Shown piece after piece: positions 26,468-34,705 of a stretch of DNA of 64,000 nucleotides (the first letter of the stretch is position 1; each line of letters starts with the position of its first letter). The notes beneath the pieces were generated by a model that did no database searches, was not told the DNA's origin, and saw only the letters and a list, made by a program, of their open reading frames with translations. A program made the position numbers and the translations under genes. The stretch is taken from assembly GCA_017399625.1 (NCBI GenBank), contig JAFQBT010000094.1, forward strand, positions 6,063-70,062, given 5' to 3'. Origin of the DNA: Oscillospiraceae bacterium. GTDB taxonomy: Bacteria; Bacillota; Clostridia; Oscillospirales; Ruminococcaceae.

Positions 26468-27213
26468 TGAATTTTGTTAAAAAACCAAATTTTCCAACCG
26501 GAAATGTAACTGTTACGGCGGTTTCTTCCGAAGCGGAGAACGTTATTTCCGCATTGCAATCGGCTAAAATCGCTGTTGTTCCGGTGGAACCGAACCCAAA
26601 TCTTCCGGAGGGGATAGCATCTCACGCGGATTTGCAGCTTCTGCATCTGGGCGGAAATTCCGTGCTTACGGCGTCGTGCTCAAAAAAGAGCAGCGAAATG
26701 CTCGAAATGCTCGGTTTTGAACTTAAAACCGCCGAAAATGAACTGGATTTCAGCTATCCGGACGATTGTCTTATAAATGCGGAAATCATTGGCAGAAATA
26801 TCATCGTGAATCCGGATATAATTGACCGGAAACTGATGGAATTTGCAGAAGAAAACAATTATAATATCATCGCTGTGAAACAGGGCTATGCAAAATGCTC
26901 GGTGCTTGCGGTATGCGAAGACGCTGTTATAACCGCAGATCCGGGAATTGCGAAAATTTTAACGCAAAAAGAAATCGAGGTCCTGAAAATCAAGGAAGGC
27001 GGAATCTATCTTAAAGGATACGATACCGGATTTATCGGCGGCTGCGGGGGAATGGTTGAAGAAAAAATCCTCGGAACAGCCGGCGATCTTAAATCAATCA
27101 AAGATTATGAGAATATAAAAGATTTTTTGCGCAACAGAAATATTTACGCAGAAAATCTCGGAGGAAGATCGCTGCATGATATAGGCGGAATTCTGCCGCT
27201 TTGTGAGGAATAA
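26467..27213 (+). CDS. Conserved hypothetical protein (possibly guanidino-modifying-enzyme-like fold)
   Basis: 248-aa ORF with ATGA-type coupling to the radA stop. HADLQLLHLG and GGCGG segments. The fold suggestion comes from memory of similar Clostridial ORFs only. Confidence 0.5.
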   Translation: MNFVKKPNFPTGNVTVTAVSSEAENVISALQSAKIAVVPVEPNPNLPEGIASHADLQLLHLGGNSVLTASCSKKSSEMLEMLGFELKTAENELDFSYPDDCLINAEIIGRNIIVNPDIIDRKLMEFAEENNYNIIAVKQGYAKCSVLAVCEDAVITADPGIAKILTQKEIEVLKIKEGGIYLKGYDTGFIGGCGGMVEEKILGTAGDLKSIKDYENIKDFLRNRNIYAENLGGRSLHDIGGILPLCEE

Positions 27214-27225
27214 TGAAACAACGAA

Positions 27226-27253
27226 AAATCCCGGTAAATATCGGGATTTTTTT
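27226..27253 (+). terminator. Intrinsic terminator
   Basis: AAATCCCG/CGGGATTT stem with an 8-nt loop, followed by T7. Confidence 0.85.
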
Positions 27254-27264
27254 GTTATAAAAAC

Positions 27265-27294
27265 TTGACGGGAGAGAGGTTTTTATGTTATAAT
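27265..27294 (+). promoter_or_regulatory. Sigma-A promoter of the recombinase gene
   Basis: TTGACG (27265-27270), 18 nt, TGtTATAAT (TATAAT at 27289-27294). Confidence 0.7.
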
Positions 27295-27306
27295 TCCTAT
27301 AGAAGC

Positions 27307-27336
27307 TATTTCGCTAAATAGAAATTTAGCGAAATA
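27307..27336 (+). repeat. Perfect 13-bp inverted repeat in the recombinase 5' leader
   Basis: TATTTCGCTAAAT-AGAA-ATTTAGCGAAATA lies between the -10 box and the GGGGAGG RBS. Confidence 0.9.
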
Positions 27337-27354
27337 AAGGGGAGGAAATAATAC

Positions 27355-28374
27355 ATGAATAAAGACTATCTGAACGATTGTCCCGAATATCTCCAGGATT
27401 TCCTTTTTTATATGGAAACCATCAAAGGACGTTCTGCCAGAACTGTTGACGGATATTATCTTGACCTTCGTTCTTTTATAAGATTTCTTCTTATTGATAA
27501 CTGTATTGTTTCCGACGATACCGATTATAAAGAAATCAAAATTGCTGACGCAGGTTTTGATCTGATTAAAAATGCAACAAGAATCGATGCCATGAGATTC
27601 CTTTCGGAATTTCAGCGCAACCATGATAACGAAGCAAAAGCCCGTTCAAGAAAAGTTTCCGCAATAAGATCGTTCTATAAATATCTCACGGTTTCCAGCG
27701 GAAAGCTTCCGGAAAACCCGATGCTCAATCTTGAAACACCGAAGCTTAAAAAAACACTTCCTAAATTTTTAACTCTTGAACAGGCTCTGGAACTTCTGAC
27801 TCATGTTGAAACAAGTTTTACGGAACGGGATTTCTGCATGATAACGCTGTTTCTGAACTGCGGAATGCGTCTTTCCGAACTCTGCGGAATCAATCTCAAT
27901 GATATCCGCGATAATCAGCTCAGACTGCTCGGTAAAGGCAACAAAGAACGCATTGTTTATCTCAACAATTCCTGCCTTACGGCGATTGAAAGCTATCTCA
28001 GAGCGCTCGATTCCGGTGAAAAAGTTAAAAGAGTTGATAAAAACGCGCTTTTTCTTAACAGAAACGGTAAAAGAATCGGTCCGCGGCGTGTGGAACAAAT
28101 CGTGGAACAATGCCTGAAGGAAGCCGGTCTTGACGGAATGGGAATTTCGCCGCATAAGCTTCGCCACACCGCCGCAACCTTACTTTATCAGGATGCGGGA
28201 GTTGATATCCGCGTTCTGAAGGAACTTCTGGGGCACGAAAGCCTTGCAACAACAGAAATTTATACCCATGTAAGCAACCGACAAATTGAAGACGCGTCCA
28301 ACCGTTCGCCGCTCAAAAACGTTAAACCGCCGAAGAAAAAAGCTAAATCCTCGGACGGAGAAACTGAGTTATAA
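27355..28374 (+). CDS. Tyrosine site-specific recombinase (XerC/XerD family)
   Basis: 339 aa. SAM-like N-terminal domain. Catalytic residues in ...GMRLSEL..., HKLRHTAAT and LGHESLATTEIYTHV. Confidence 0.88.
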   Translation: MNKDYLNDCPEYLQDFLFYMETIKGRSARTVDGYYLDLRSFIRFLLIDNCIVSDDTDYKEIKIADAGFDLIKNATRIDAMRFLSEFQRNHDNEAKARSRKVSAIRSFYKYLTVSSGKLPENPMLNLETPKLKKTLPKFLTLEQALELLTHVETSFTERDFCMITLFLNCGMRLSELCGINLNDIRDNQLRLLGKGNKERIVYLNNSCLTAIESYLRALDSGEKVKRVDKNALFLNRNGKRIGPRRVEQIVEQCLKEAGLDGMGISPHKLRHTAATLLYQDAGVDIRVLKELLGHESLATTEIYTHVSNRQIEDASNRSPLKNVKPPKKKAKSSDGETEL

Positions 28375-28927
28375 ACGCAGAAAAAGCGGAAATTATTATA
28401 AAACAGGCTGTAAAGGCAACAAACTTTATAGCTTGTTTTTTCGCATTATAAAGCGGTTTTCCATCATTTTTTCCTTTGATGCAGCTGAAAATTCCTTTTG
28501 ATGAAAAAATAGAATTTTCCGACATTATAAGAAGAGAAAAACCAAAAAAGAAGGTTCCGCTGAAAAATAAAATCATGCTGTCCATTAGATAATCTGCACC
28601 GGAAAACATGAATTTCAGCGAATTTTCCAATCCGAAAACGCTTCCGTAAATAAAAACAAGAACCGGCGCCGTGAATCTTCCGAAAATTCCGGAGCCCGAA
28701 AAATAAAGTCCCATGAGCACCGCAAACGGAAAGAAAAACCGGTTTATAAATTCATTTGGAAAATTTTCCGTCTGTTCCGATGAAAATCCGTACAGATTTT
28801 CAAGAACTTCCTCCGGCAGAAATCTGAGCATGCTCGTCCCGAAAATCGTTCCGGAAATGAGCATCAGGCAGGATAAAATCAAAAACCTGTTTTTATAAAC
28901 ATCGCTGAAAATAAGCTTTTTGTCCAT
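28343..28927 (-). CDS. spoIIM: Stage II sporulation protein M-like membrane protein
   Basis: About 194 aa with 5-6 TM helices. Size and topology resemble SpoIIM, and the xerD-spoIIM neighbourhood is known from Bacillus. GGAAGAGGTG RBS precedes ATG 28927. Confidence 0.6.
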   Translation of the reverse strand: MDKKLIFSDVYKNRFLILSCLMLISGTIFGTSMLRFLPEEVLENLYGFSSEQTENFPNEFINRFFFPFAVLMGLYFSGSGIFGRFTAPVLVFIYGSVFGLENSLKFMFSGADYLMDSMILFFSGTFFFGFSLLIMSENSIFSSKGIFSCIKGKNDGKPLYNAKKQAIKFVAFTACFIIISAFSAFITQFLRPRI

Positions 28928-28977
28928 TTTTTTAAAAGCACCTCTTCCCTTTCCCACTTCCCTATAATTTATATAAC

Positions 28978-29012
28978 AAAAGAGCTCCGGATATTCCGGA
29001 GCTCTTTATTTT
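28978..29012. terminator. Bidirectional terminator (scfB / spoIIM upstream region)
   Basis: AGAGCTCCGG (28981-28990) pairs with CCGGAGCTCT (28996-29005), with A-/T-runs on both sides. Confidence 0.8.
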
Positions 29013-29020
29013 TTCGTAAA

Positions 29021-30397
29021 TTATTTATCCGCCATCGCAACTTTAATCATGATAGCGCATTCAACGCGCTTTCTTTCCATTTCGCAGGAAAGTTTAACGG
29101 GTTTGAGGATATCTCTGTTGAAGCTGTAGTTGTTTGCGTTGCAGCCGCCGGAGCAATAGAATCTTGCCCAGCATTTTCTGCACTCCTCTTTGGAATAAAT
29201 GTTTGAGCAGGCAAACTGGTCCTTCATGGAAATATCCAGGGTTTCATCATCAAGGTTGCCCATTTTCCATTCATCGTTGCCGACGAACTGGTGGCAGGGA
29301 TAGATGTCGCCGTCTGGAGTTACGGAAACATATTCGTTTCCGCATCCGCATCCGCGAAGACGTTTTATTGCGCAGGGACCCTGGTCAAGATCGATCATGA
29401 AATGGAAGAAGTTGAAACATCTTCCCTCTTCTTTCTTTCTGCGGATCATCTCAACAGCAAGCTTTTCATATTCCTCGAAAATAACCGGAAGATCCTCCTC
29501 GGTGATTGCATAGGGTTCGGAAGCATCCGCAATGACCGGTTCAACGCTGAGCTGATCAAAACCAAGATCGTCGGCGATATGATAAACATCCTTTGCAAAG
29601 TCAAGATTCTGCTTTGTGAAGGTTCCGCGGACGTAATATTCCTTGTTTTCACCCTCAAGACGTTTTTCAACGAGCTTCTGGAACTTTGGAACGATGATAT
29701 CATAGCTGCCTTTCTGGTTAACAGTTGGGCGCATACAATCGTTAACGCATTTTCTTCCGTCGAGAGAAAGAACAACGTTTTTCATTTCCTTGTTGATATA
29801 ATCGATGTTTTCGTCGTTGAGAAGAACGCCGTTGGTGGTTACGGTAAAGCGGAATTTTTTGTTGTATTCCTCTTCCTTGCTTCTGGCGTAATCAACGATT
29901 TCCTTTACGGCATCCCAGTTCATAAGAGGTTCACCGCCGAAGAAATCCAGTTCAAGATTGTGGCGGTTTCCGGAATGGGTAAGAAGAAAATCAATTGCTT
30001 TTTTGCCGGTTTCAACGGGCATGAGCATTCTGCCTTTACCGAAGTCGCCGGTGGAAGCGAAGCAGTATTTGCAGCGAAGGTTGCAGTCATGGGAAATATG
30101 AAGGCACATGGATTTGATGGGTGCGCCCTTCATCATATCAGTGAATCTTTCATAATCGTCATCGCTGAAAAGCTGTCCCGCTTTCTGGAGGCCGAGGAGT
30201 TCGCCGTAAACCTCAAGAAGTTCCTCTTCAGGATATTCCGCGGAAAGTTCCGCAAGGATTTCTGCGGGGCATTCTTCCGGAAGCTTGTCCTCAAACTTGT
30301 TGAGAAGATCAAAGCAGAGCTTATCGAGAACATGAACCGCTCCGGAGTTTACGTCAAGTGCAATATAATAACCGTTCTGATAAAAAGTATGTACCAT
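29021..30397 (-). CDS. scfB: Radical SAM/SPASM thioether-forming SCIFF peptide maturase
   Basis: 458 aa. CNLRCKYC (CxxxCxxC) and a C-terminal Cys-rich SPASM region (CGCGNEY...CHQF...CRKCWARFYCSGGC). It sits immediately downstream of a SCIFF precursor. Confidence 0.9.
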   Translation of the reverse strand: MVHTFYQNGYYIALDVNSGAVHVLDKLCFDLLNKFEDKLPEECPAEILAELSAEYPEEELLEVYGELLGLQKAGQLFSDDDYERFTDMMKGAPIKSMCLHISHDCNLRCKYCFASTGDFGKGRMLMPVETGKKAIDFLLTHSGNRHNLELDFFGGEPLMNWDAVKEIVDYARSKEEEYNKKFRFTVTTNGVLLNDENIDYINKEMKNVVLSLDGRKCVNDCMRPTVNQKGSYDIIVPKFQKLVEKRLEGENKEYYVRGTFTKQNLDFAKDVYHIADDLGFDQLSVEPVIADASEPYAITEEDLPVIFEEYEKLAVEMIRRKKEEGRCFNFFHFMIDLDQGPCAIKRLRGCGCGNEYVSVTPDGDIYPCHQFVGNDEWKMGNLDDETLDISMKDQFACSNIYSKEECRKCWARFYCSGGCNANNYSFNRDILKPVKLSCEMERKRVECAIMIKVAMADK

Positions 30398-30409
30398 TTA
30401 AAAATCTCC

Positions 30410-30447
30410 AAAAAAACGGCAGGCGTACCAGAATCCGGTGCGCCTGC
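30410..30447 (-). terminator. Intrinsic terminator/attenuator between scfA and scfB
   Basis: Minus strand: GCAGGCGCACC / GGTACGCCTGC 11-bp stem (one G-U pair) with a 7-nt loop, followed by CGTTTTTTT. Confidence 0.7.
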
Positions 30448-30466
30448 AATTTTTAAATCTCAAAAA

Positions 30467-30625
30467 TTATTTGTTGCCTTTGCGGGATTCGTTTTCGCAT
30501 TCCTGGTTTGCAACAGTGCAGGAAGTTTTGCATGCAGACTGGCAGGAAGCCTGGCATTCGCCGCAGCCGCCTTTTGCGCAGGATTCTTTAAGGTTAGCGT
30601 TGTTAACAGTTTTAATGTGTTCCAT
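30467..30625 (-). CDS. scfA: SCIFF (six-cysteines-in-forty-five) ribosomal peptide precursor
   Basis: 52 aa: MEHIKTVNNANLKESCAKGGCGECQASCQSACKTSCTVANQECENESRKGNK, which contains the invariant GGCGECQxSCQSACKTSCTV core. The track ORF (61 aa) starts 27 nt too early. Confidence 0.92.
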   Translation of the reverse strand: MEHIKTVNNANLKESCAKGGCGECQASCQSACKTSCTVANQECENESRKGNK

Positions 30626-30695
30626 TATGTTATCCTCCTGAAAAAAATACATATTTCAACATGAGTAGTATAGCACATATTTCAAAATGATGCAA

Positions 30696-31082
30696 CTATT
30701 TTCTTTTAATATAATTAATTCCGATTATTCCGCCGAGAGAACCGGAAATTATCATCATTGCTGCTTTTATTATTGCAGCGGTTCCGAAACCGGCATTTTC
30801 AAAAAATGCTCCCGCAGCCCATGCAATAATAAAGAAAACGACGCCGGAAAAAGCTCCGCAAAGGAATCCCCTTTCTCCGAAAAGCCTTGCGGAGGCAAAT
30901 CCGCCCGCAAAACCGCCGAAAGCAAGAATAACCACCGTTACCGGCGAAAGCAGAAAAGCCGGAACATCGCCTATAACAAGCGCAGAAGCCATCAGAAATA
31001 TCAGTATCGCGGAACTGAGTATTCCGATTCCTGCTCCGATAAAAACGCTTGCTGCAAGTTTTCTGAAATTTTTCTGCGACAT
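30696..31082 (-). CDS. Gly-rich 4-TM membrane protein (TIGR04086-like, usual SCIFF/yajC neighbour)
   Basis: 128 aa. Four Gly/Ala-rich TM helices. Sits at the conserved position between yajC and scfA. Confidence 0.65.
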   Translation of the reverse strand: MSQKNFRKLAASVFIGAGIGILSSAILIFLMASALVIGDVPAFLLSPVTVVILAFGGFAGGFASARLFGERGFLCGAFSGVVFFIIAWAAGAFFENAGFGTAAIIKAAMMIISGSLGGIIGINYIKRK

Positions 31083-31083
31083 A

Positions 31084-31135
31084 TAAAAAACGCTCCCTTC
31101 GGAATAATCCTTTTAAAGGCTATTCCGAAAGAAGC
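31084..31135 (-). terminator. Terminator after yajC
   Basis: Minus strand: GCTTCTTTCGGAATA / TATTCCGAAGGGAGC 15-bp stem (two G-U pairs), followed by GTTTTTT. Confidence 0.7.
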
Positions 31136-31156
31136 ATTTTTATTCATTGTGAAAAA

Positions 31157-31504
31157 TTATTTTGCAGAATCTGCTTTTTCCTTTGCGGTGATGTTCTGTG
31201 CAACAGCGCTTTTGAGGATGCGGATTTTGCTTCTGTCGCTTCCGGTTTCAACAACAACGGTATCTTCCTTGATGGAAACAACAAGTCCGACAATTCCGCC
31301 GATGGTTACGATTTCATCGCCGATTTCGAGATTTTCTCTCATTGCTCTGTCTTCTTTATCTTTTTTCTGCTGAGGACGGATGAGCATGAAATAAAAAACG
31401 ATGAGAACAACAACAATGGGAGCAAAACTGATGATGGTATCCATGATGGAACCGCCTTCTTCTGCTGCTGCGCCGGACATTAAAAGGAACTGAAGATTGT
31501 TCAT
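31157..31504 (-). CDS. yajC: Preprotein translocase subunit YajC
   Basis: 115 aa. FYFMLIRPQQKK...GDEIVTIGGIVG...V signature. GGAGG RBS 7 nt upstream. Confidence 0.92.
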   Translation of the reverse strand: MNNLQFLLMSGAAAEEGGSIMDTIISFAPIVVVLIVFYFMLIRPQQKKDKEDRAMRENLEIGDEIVTIGGIVGLVVSIKEDTVVVETGSDRSKIRILKSAVAQNITAKEKADSAK

Positions 31505-31566
31505 TTCTTTACCTCCAAAAAAATCATGAAAATATTATAAACTAATTATAAACGTTAATCAAGGAA

Positions 31567-32697
31567 TTAAATCCTTTTTCCGAGGATATCGCGGTATTTC
31601 TGATAAAATTCCTCAAAAGTTCCGTTATCAAGCGCCTCGCGGATTCTTTCCATAAGGGTGTTATAGAAATAGAGGTTGTGCTGGACGGTAAGTCTGTGGG
31701 CAAGAAGCTCGTTTGCACGGAGAAGATGGCGGACATAGGCTCTGCTGTGAAGACGGCAGGTCGGGCAGTCGCATTCCGGATCAACGGGTCCCTGGTCATA
31801 GATATATTTTTCGTTATTGAGGTTGCGGATTCCCTGCCAGGTGAAAAGAGTTCCGTGGCGTGCGTTGCGGCTTGGCATAACGCAGTCGAAAAGGTCAACG
31901 CCGAGATGAACTGCTTCGAGAATGTTGACGGGAGTTCCGACGCCCATGAGATAACGGGGTTTATCCTTCGGCATATGGGGCTCAACAGCATCGATGATGC
32001 GGTACATTTCAAGGGTGGGTTCGCCTACTGCAAGACCGCCGATTGCATAACCGTCAAGATCGAGCTTTGCAATCTCTTTCATGTGCTCAACGCGGAGATC
32101 CTCGAAAGTGCAGCCCTGGTTGATTCCGAAAAGCATCTGGTGTGGGTTGATGGTATCCGGAAGGGAATTAAGTCTTTCCATCTCCGCTTTGCAGCGGTGG
32201 AGCCATCTGGTGGTGCGCTGGCAGGACTGTGCCGCATAAGATTTCGGAGCGGGGTTTTCAACGCATTCATCAAAAGCCATTGCAATGGTGCTTCCAAGAT
32301 GGGACTGTATCTGCATGGATTCTTCCGGACCCATAAAGATCCTGTGGCCGTCAAGATGGCTTCTGAAATAAACGCCTTCCTCCTTGATTTTGCGGAGTTT
32401 TGAAAGGCTGAAAACCTGAAAACCGCCGCTGTCGGTAAGGATGGGTCTGTCCCAGTTCATAAATTTATGGAGTCCGCCGAGTTCCTTTACAACAAGGTCT
32501 CCGGGACGAAGCGAAAGATGGTAAGTGTTGCAAAGAGCAACCTGGCAATGGAGCTCTTTAAGATCTTCCGCGGCAACGCCGCCTTTTATTGCGCCGCAGG
32601 TTGCAACGTTCATAAATGCGGGGGTCTGGACTGTACCGTGAACAGTTTCAAATTCCGCTCTGCGGGCTCTTCCTTCGGTTTTTAAAACAGTAAACAT
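31567..32697 (-). CDS. tgt: Queuine tRNA-ribosyltransferase
   Basis: 376 aa. Motifs: ILTDSGGFQV, GLAVGE, and the zinc site CDCPTC...H. GAGGAGAA RBS precedes ATG 32697. Confidence 0.96.
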   Translation of the reverse strand: MFTVLKTEGRARRAEFETVHGTVQTPAFMNVATCGAIKGGVAAEDLKELHCQVALCNTYHLSLRPGDLVVKELGGLHKFMNWDRPILTDSGGFQVFSLSKLRKIKEEGVYFRSHLDGHRIFMGPEESMQIQSHLGSTIAMAFDECVENPAPKSYAAQSCQRTTRWLHRCKAEMERLNSLPDTINPHQMLFGINQGCTFEDLRVEHMKEIAKLDLDGYAIGGLAVGEPTLEMYRIIDAVEPHMPKDKPRYLMGVGTPVNILEAVHLGVDLFDCVMPSRNARHGTLFTWQGIRNLNNEKYIYDQGPVDPECDCPTCRLHSRAYVRHLLRANELLAHRLTVQHNLYFYNTLMERIREALDNGTFEEFYQKYRDILGKRI

Positions 32698-32818
32698 AAT
32701 TCTCCTCTTCAATAAGGCAATAATATAACTATATTAGTATAACTTAATATAAAAATCTTTTCAAGTAATATTTGCAAAATATTTGTTTTCAACAGCCTTG
32801 CCAATTGTATAACAAATC

Positions 32819-32868
32819 TTGACAATCGTATAATTTTATTGTAAAATCAATAATACAACTTGTATAAT
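32819..32868 (+). promoter_or_regulatory. Two overlapping promoter-like elements upstream of the XRE regulator
   Basis: TTGACA (32819-32824), 17 nt, TAAAAT (32842-32847); and TTGTAA (32839-32844), 18 nt, TATAAT (32863-32868). Confidence 0.45.
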
Positions 32869-32888
32869 AGTAACCGGAGGGCAAAAAA

Positions 32889-33257
32889 ATGGCAGAAATC
32901 GCCGATTTTGGCAGAAAAGTCAGAAAAATCATGAAGCAGCGCGGAATAACCCAAAGCTGGCTTGCGCAAAAAACCGGAGCAACCGAAGCAACCCTTTCAA
33001 GATACCTCAACAACAGCAGAAAACCCCAGGCGGATATCGCCGCCGAAATTGCGGAAGCGCTTGACGTTTCGCTGGACTACCTGATGGGCATAAGCGGCTA
33101 CCCTGCTCCGATAAAAACTTTGAGCACCGAGGAATCGCTGATGCTCAGCGCATTCGGCAGAGCAAGCGCAAGGGACAGAAAAATCATTTTCGGCGTGCTC
33201 GAAGACCACATGACTTCCGAAGAACTTGAAAATTATAAAAATTTAAAAAAAGATTGA
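32889..33257 (+). CDS. XRE-family helix-turn-helix transcriptional regulator
   Basis: 122 aa. HTH_3 motif GRKVRKIMKQRGITQSWLAQKTGATEATLSRYLNNSRKP. GGAGGG RBS. Confidence 0.88.
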   Translation: MAEIADFGRKVRKIMKQRGITQSWLAQKTGATEATLSRYLNNSRKPQADIAAEIAEALDVSLDYLMGISGYPAPIKTLSTEESLMLSAFGRASARDRKIIFGVLEDHMTSEELENYKNLKKD

Positions 33258-33362
33258 TACAATGTGACTAAGTTACAGATAAACGGAATAAAATAGTTTA
33301 TAATACAGACAAATCAAGGAAATGATTTAAAAAAAATAATTTATATCAAAGGAGATAATCTT

Positions 33363-33536
33363 ATGAAATATACCTGCATGATCTGTGGCTACACCTATGA
33401 TGAAGAAAAAGGCATTCCGGAAAAAGGAATTGCACCCGGAACCAAATTTGAAGACCTCCCGGAAGATTTCCGCTGCCCCCTTTGCAAAATGCCTAAAAGC
33501 AAATTCAGAAACGTAGCAGAAGACGTTAACGGATAA
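33363..33536 (+). CDS. rub: Rubredoxin
   Basis: 57 aa, below the track cutoff: MKYTCMICGYTYDEEKGIPEKGIAPGTKFEDLPEDFRCPLCKMPKSKF... It has both CxxCG / CPxC knuckles. AAAGGAGA RBS 8 nt upstream. Confidence 0.92.
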   Translation: MKYTCMICGYTYDEEKGIPEKGIAPGTKFEDLPEDFRCPLCKMPKSKFRNVAEDVNG

Positions 33537-33580
33537 AAAAACAAGCTGTCAGAAAATTCCCGGAAACTAATATCAAAGCA

Positions 33581-33611
33581 AAAAACCGACCGCAAAGCGG
33601 TCGGTTTTTTT
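33581..33611. terminator. Bidirectional terminator (rubredoxin / queA)
   Basis: ACCGACCGC/GCGGTCGGT 9-bp stem with an AAA loop, flanked by A5 and T7. Confidence 0.88.
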
Positions 33612-33617
33612 ATTGCA

Positions 33618-34643
33618 TCAAATAATCGCCATGGAATCGCCGAAGCTGAAGAAACGGTAACGCTCGTTTATGGCTTCCTGATATGCGTTCATAACGTTTT
33701 CATAACCCGCAAATGCGGAAACGAGCATAATAAGGGTGCTTTCCGGAAGATGGAAGTTTGTGATAAGTCCGTCGAGAACTTTGAACTTGAAACCGGGATA
33801 GATAAAAATGCTTGTATCATCGTCATCCGGACGGATTTCACCGTATTTTGCGGCAACGGATTCGAGAGTGCGGCAGGAAGTTGTTCCCACCGCAATAACC
33901 CTGTGTCCGGCGGCTTTCGTTGCATTTATAAGGTCCGCTGTTTCCTTCGGAAGCATATAATGCTCGGTATGCATGATATGGTGTTCAAAATCCTCAACTT
34001 TTACCGGACGGAAGGTTCCAAGACCTACATGGAGGGTTACAAAAGCGGTGTTTACGCCTTTTGCTCTTATTTTATCAAGGAGCTCCTCGGTAAAATGAAG
34101 TCCGGCAGTGGGTGCCGCAGCAGAACCGATTGGGTCGGAATAAACAGTCTGGTAACGCTCCTTATCCGCAAGTTTTTCGGTAATATAAGGCGGAAGCGGC
34201 ATCTGTCCGATTTCATCAAGGACGTTATAGATGTTGCCTTCGTGTTCGAATTTTACGATGCGGTTACCTTCTTCAACAATGTCGATAACTTCCGCTTTCA
34301 GAAGTCCGCCGCCGAAAACAAATCTTTTTCCGATTTTTGCATGTTTTCCGGGTCGGACGAGGATTTCCCATACGTCAAGGTCCCTTTGTTTAAGAAGAAG
34401 AAATTCAATAGGAGAATGGGTATCTTCCCTTTCTCCGATAAGTCTTGCGGGGATAACTCTTGAGTTGTTGAGAACAAGGAGATCACCCGGTTCAAGAAGG
34501 TCGATTATATCGTAAAAATGTCTGTGCTCAACTTCGCCGGTTTCTCTGTTGAGATGCATAAGCCGGGAATGGTCGCGTTTATCCGCAGGATGCTGTGCAA
34601 TAAGCTCCTCCGGAAGGTCAAAATAAAAATCACTTGTTTTCAT
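33618..34643 (-). CDS. queA: S-adenosylmethionine:tRNA ribosyltransferase-isomerase
   Basis: 341 aa. The start [26 protein letters not shown] and the end ...[14 protein letters not shown] are typical of QueA. Confidence 0.96.
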   Translation of the reverse strand: MKTSDFYFDLPEELIAQHPADKRDHSRLMHLNRETGEVEHRHFYDIIDLLEPGDLLVLNNSRVIPARLIGEREDTHSPIEFLLLKQRDLDVWEILVRPGKHAKIGKRFVFGGGLLKAEVIDIVEEGNRIVKFEHEGNIYNVLDEIGQMPLPPYITEKLADKERYQTVYSDPIGSAAAPTAGLHFTEELLDKIRAKGVNTAFVTLHVGLGTFRPVKVEDFEHHIMHTEHYMLPKETADLINATKAAGHRVIAVGTTSCRTLESVAAKYGEIRPDDDDTSIFIYPGFKFKVLDGLITNFHLPESTLIMLVSAFAGYENVMNAYQEAINERYRFFSFGDSMAII

Positions 34644-34676
34644 TGAATCACCGTTTTATTTATTTTCTGGAAAAAT

Positions 34677-34705
34677 ATTGACATAAAAAATATGTAATGA
34701 TAAAA
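34677..34705 (+). promoter_or_regulatory. Sigma-A promoter of asd-dapA
   Basis: TTGACA (34677-34682), 17 nt, TGaTAAAAT (34697-34705). Confidence 0.65.

Noticed and set aside
27355-28374. Tyrosine recombinase considered as a marker of an integrated mobile element.
   Set aside because: There are no flanking direct repeats, no adjacent tRNA target, no excisionase, and no phage, IS or conjugation genes. The neighbours are core sporulation and repair genes, and the xerD-spoIIM type neighbourhood is conserved in Firmicutes. It is most likely a chromosomal Xer-like recombinase.
28343-28374. A 32-bp convergent overlap of the recombinase and spoIIM 3' ends with no terminator between them.
   Set aside because: This is probably just tail-to-tail overlap of two real genes. 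The recombinase tail (KKKAKSSDGETEL) is low complexity and could end earlier in relatives. There is no evidence of a regulatory role.
29291-30664. A family of other long antisense ORFs: 29291-30664, 46643-48202, 52253-53593, 54032-55165 (plus strand) and 38850-39986, 40296-41489, 14827-15696, 9519-10424, 12054-12881 (minus strand).
   Set aside because: Where checked (for example 46643 versus clpX 46796, both congruent to 2 mod 3), they show the same codon-phase-locked antisense artefact. None has an RBS, and each is opposite a confidently identified gene.
33395-33595. A 66-aa minus-strand track ORF in the tgt-queA gap.
   Set aside because: It overlaps the rubredoxin gene on the other strand, which has both CxxC motifs, an RBS and a terminator. 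The minus-strand ORF runs through the bidirectional terminator and has no RBS.
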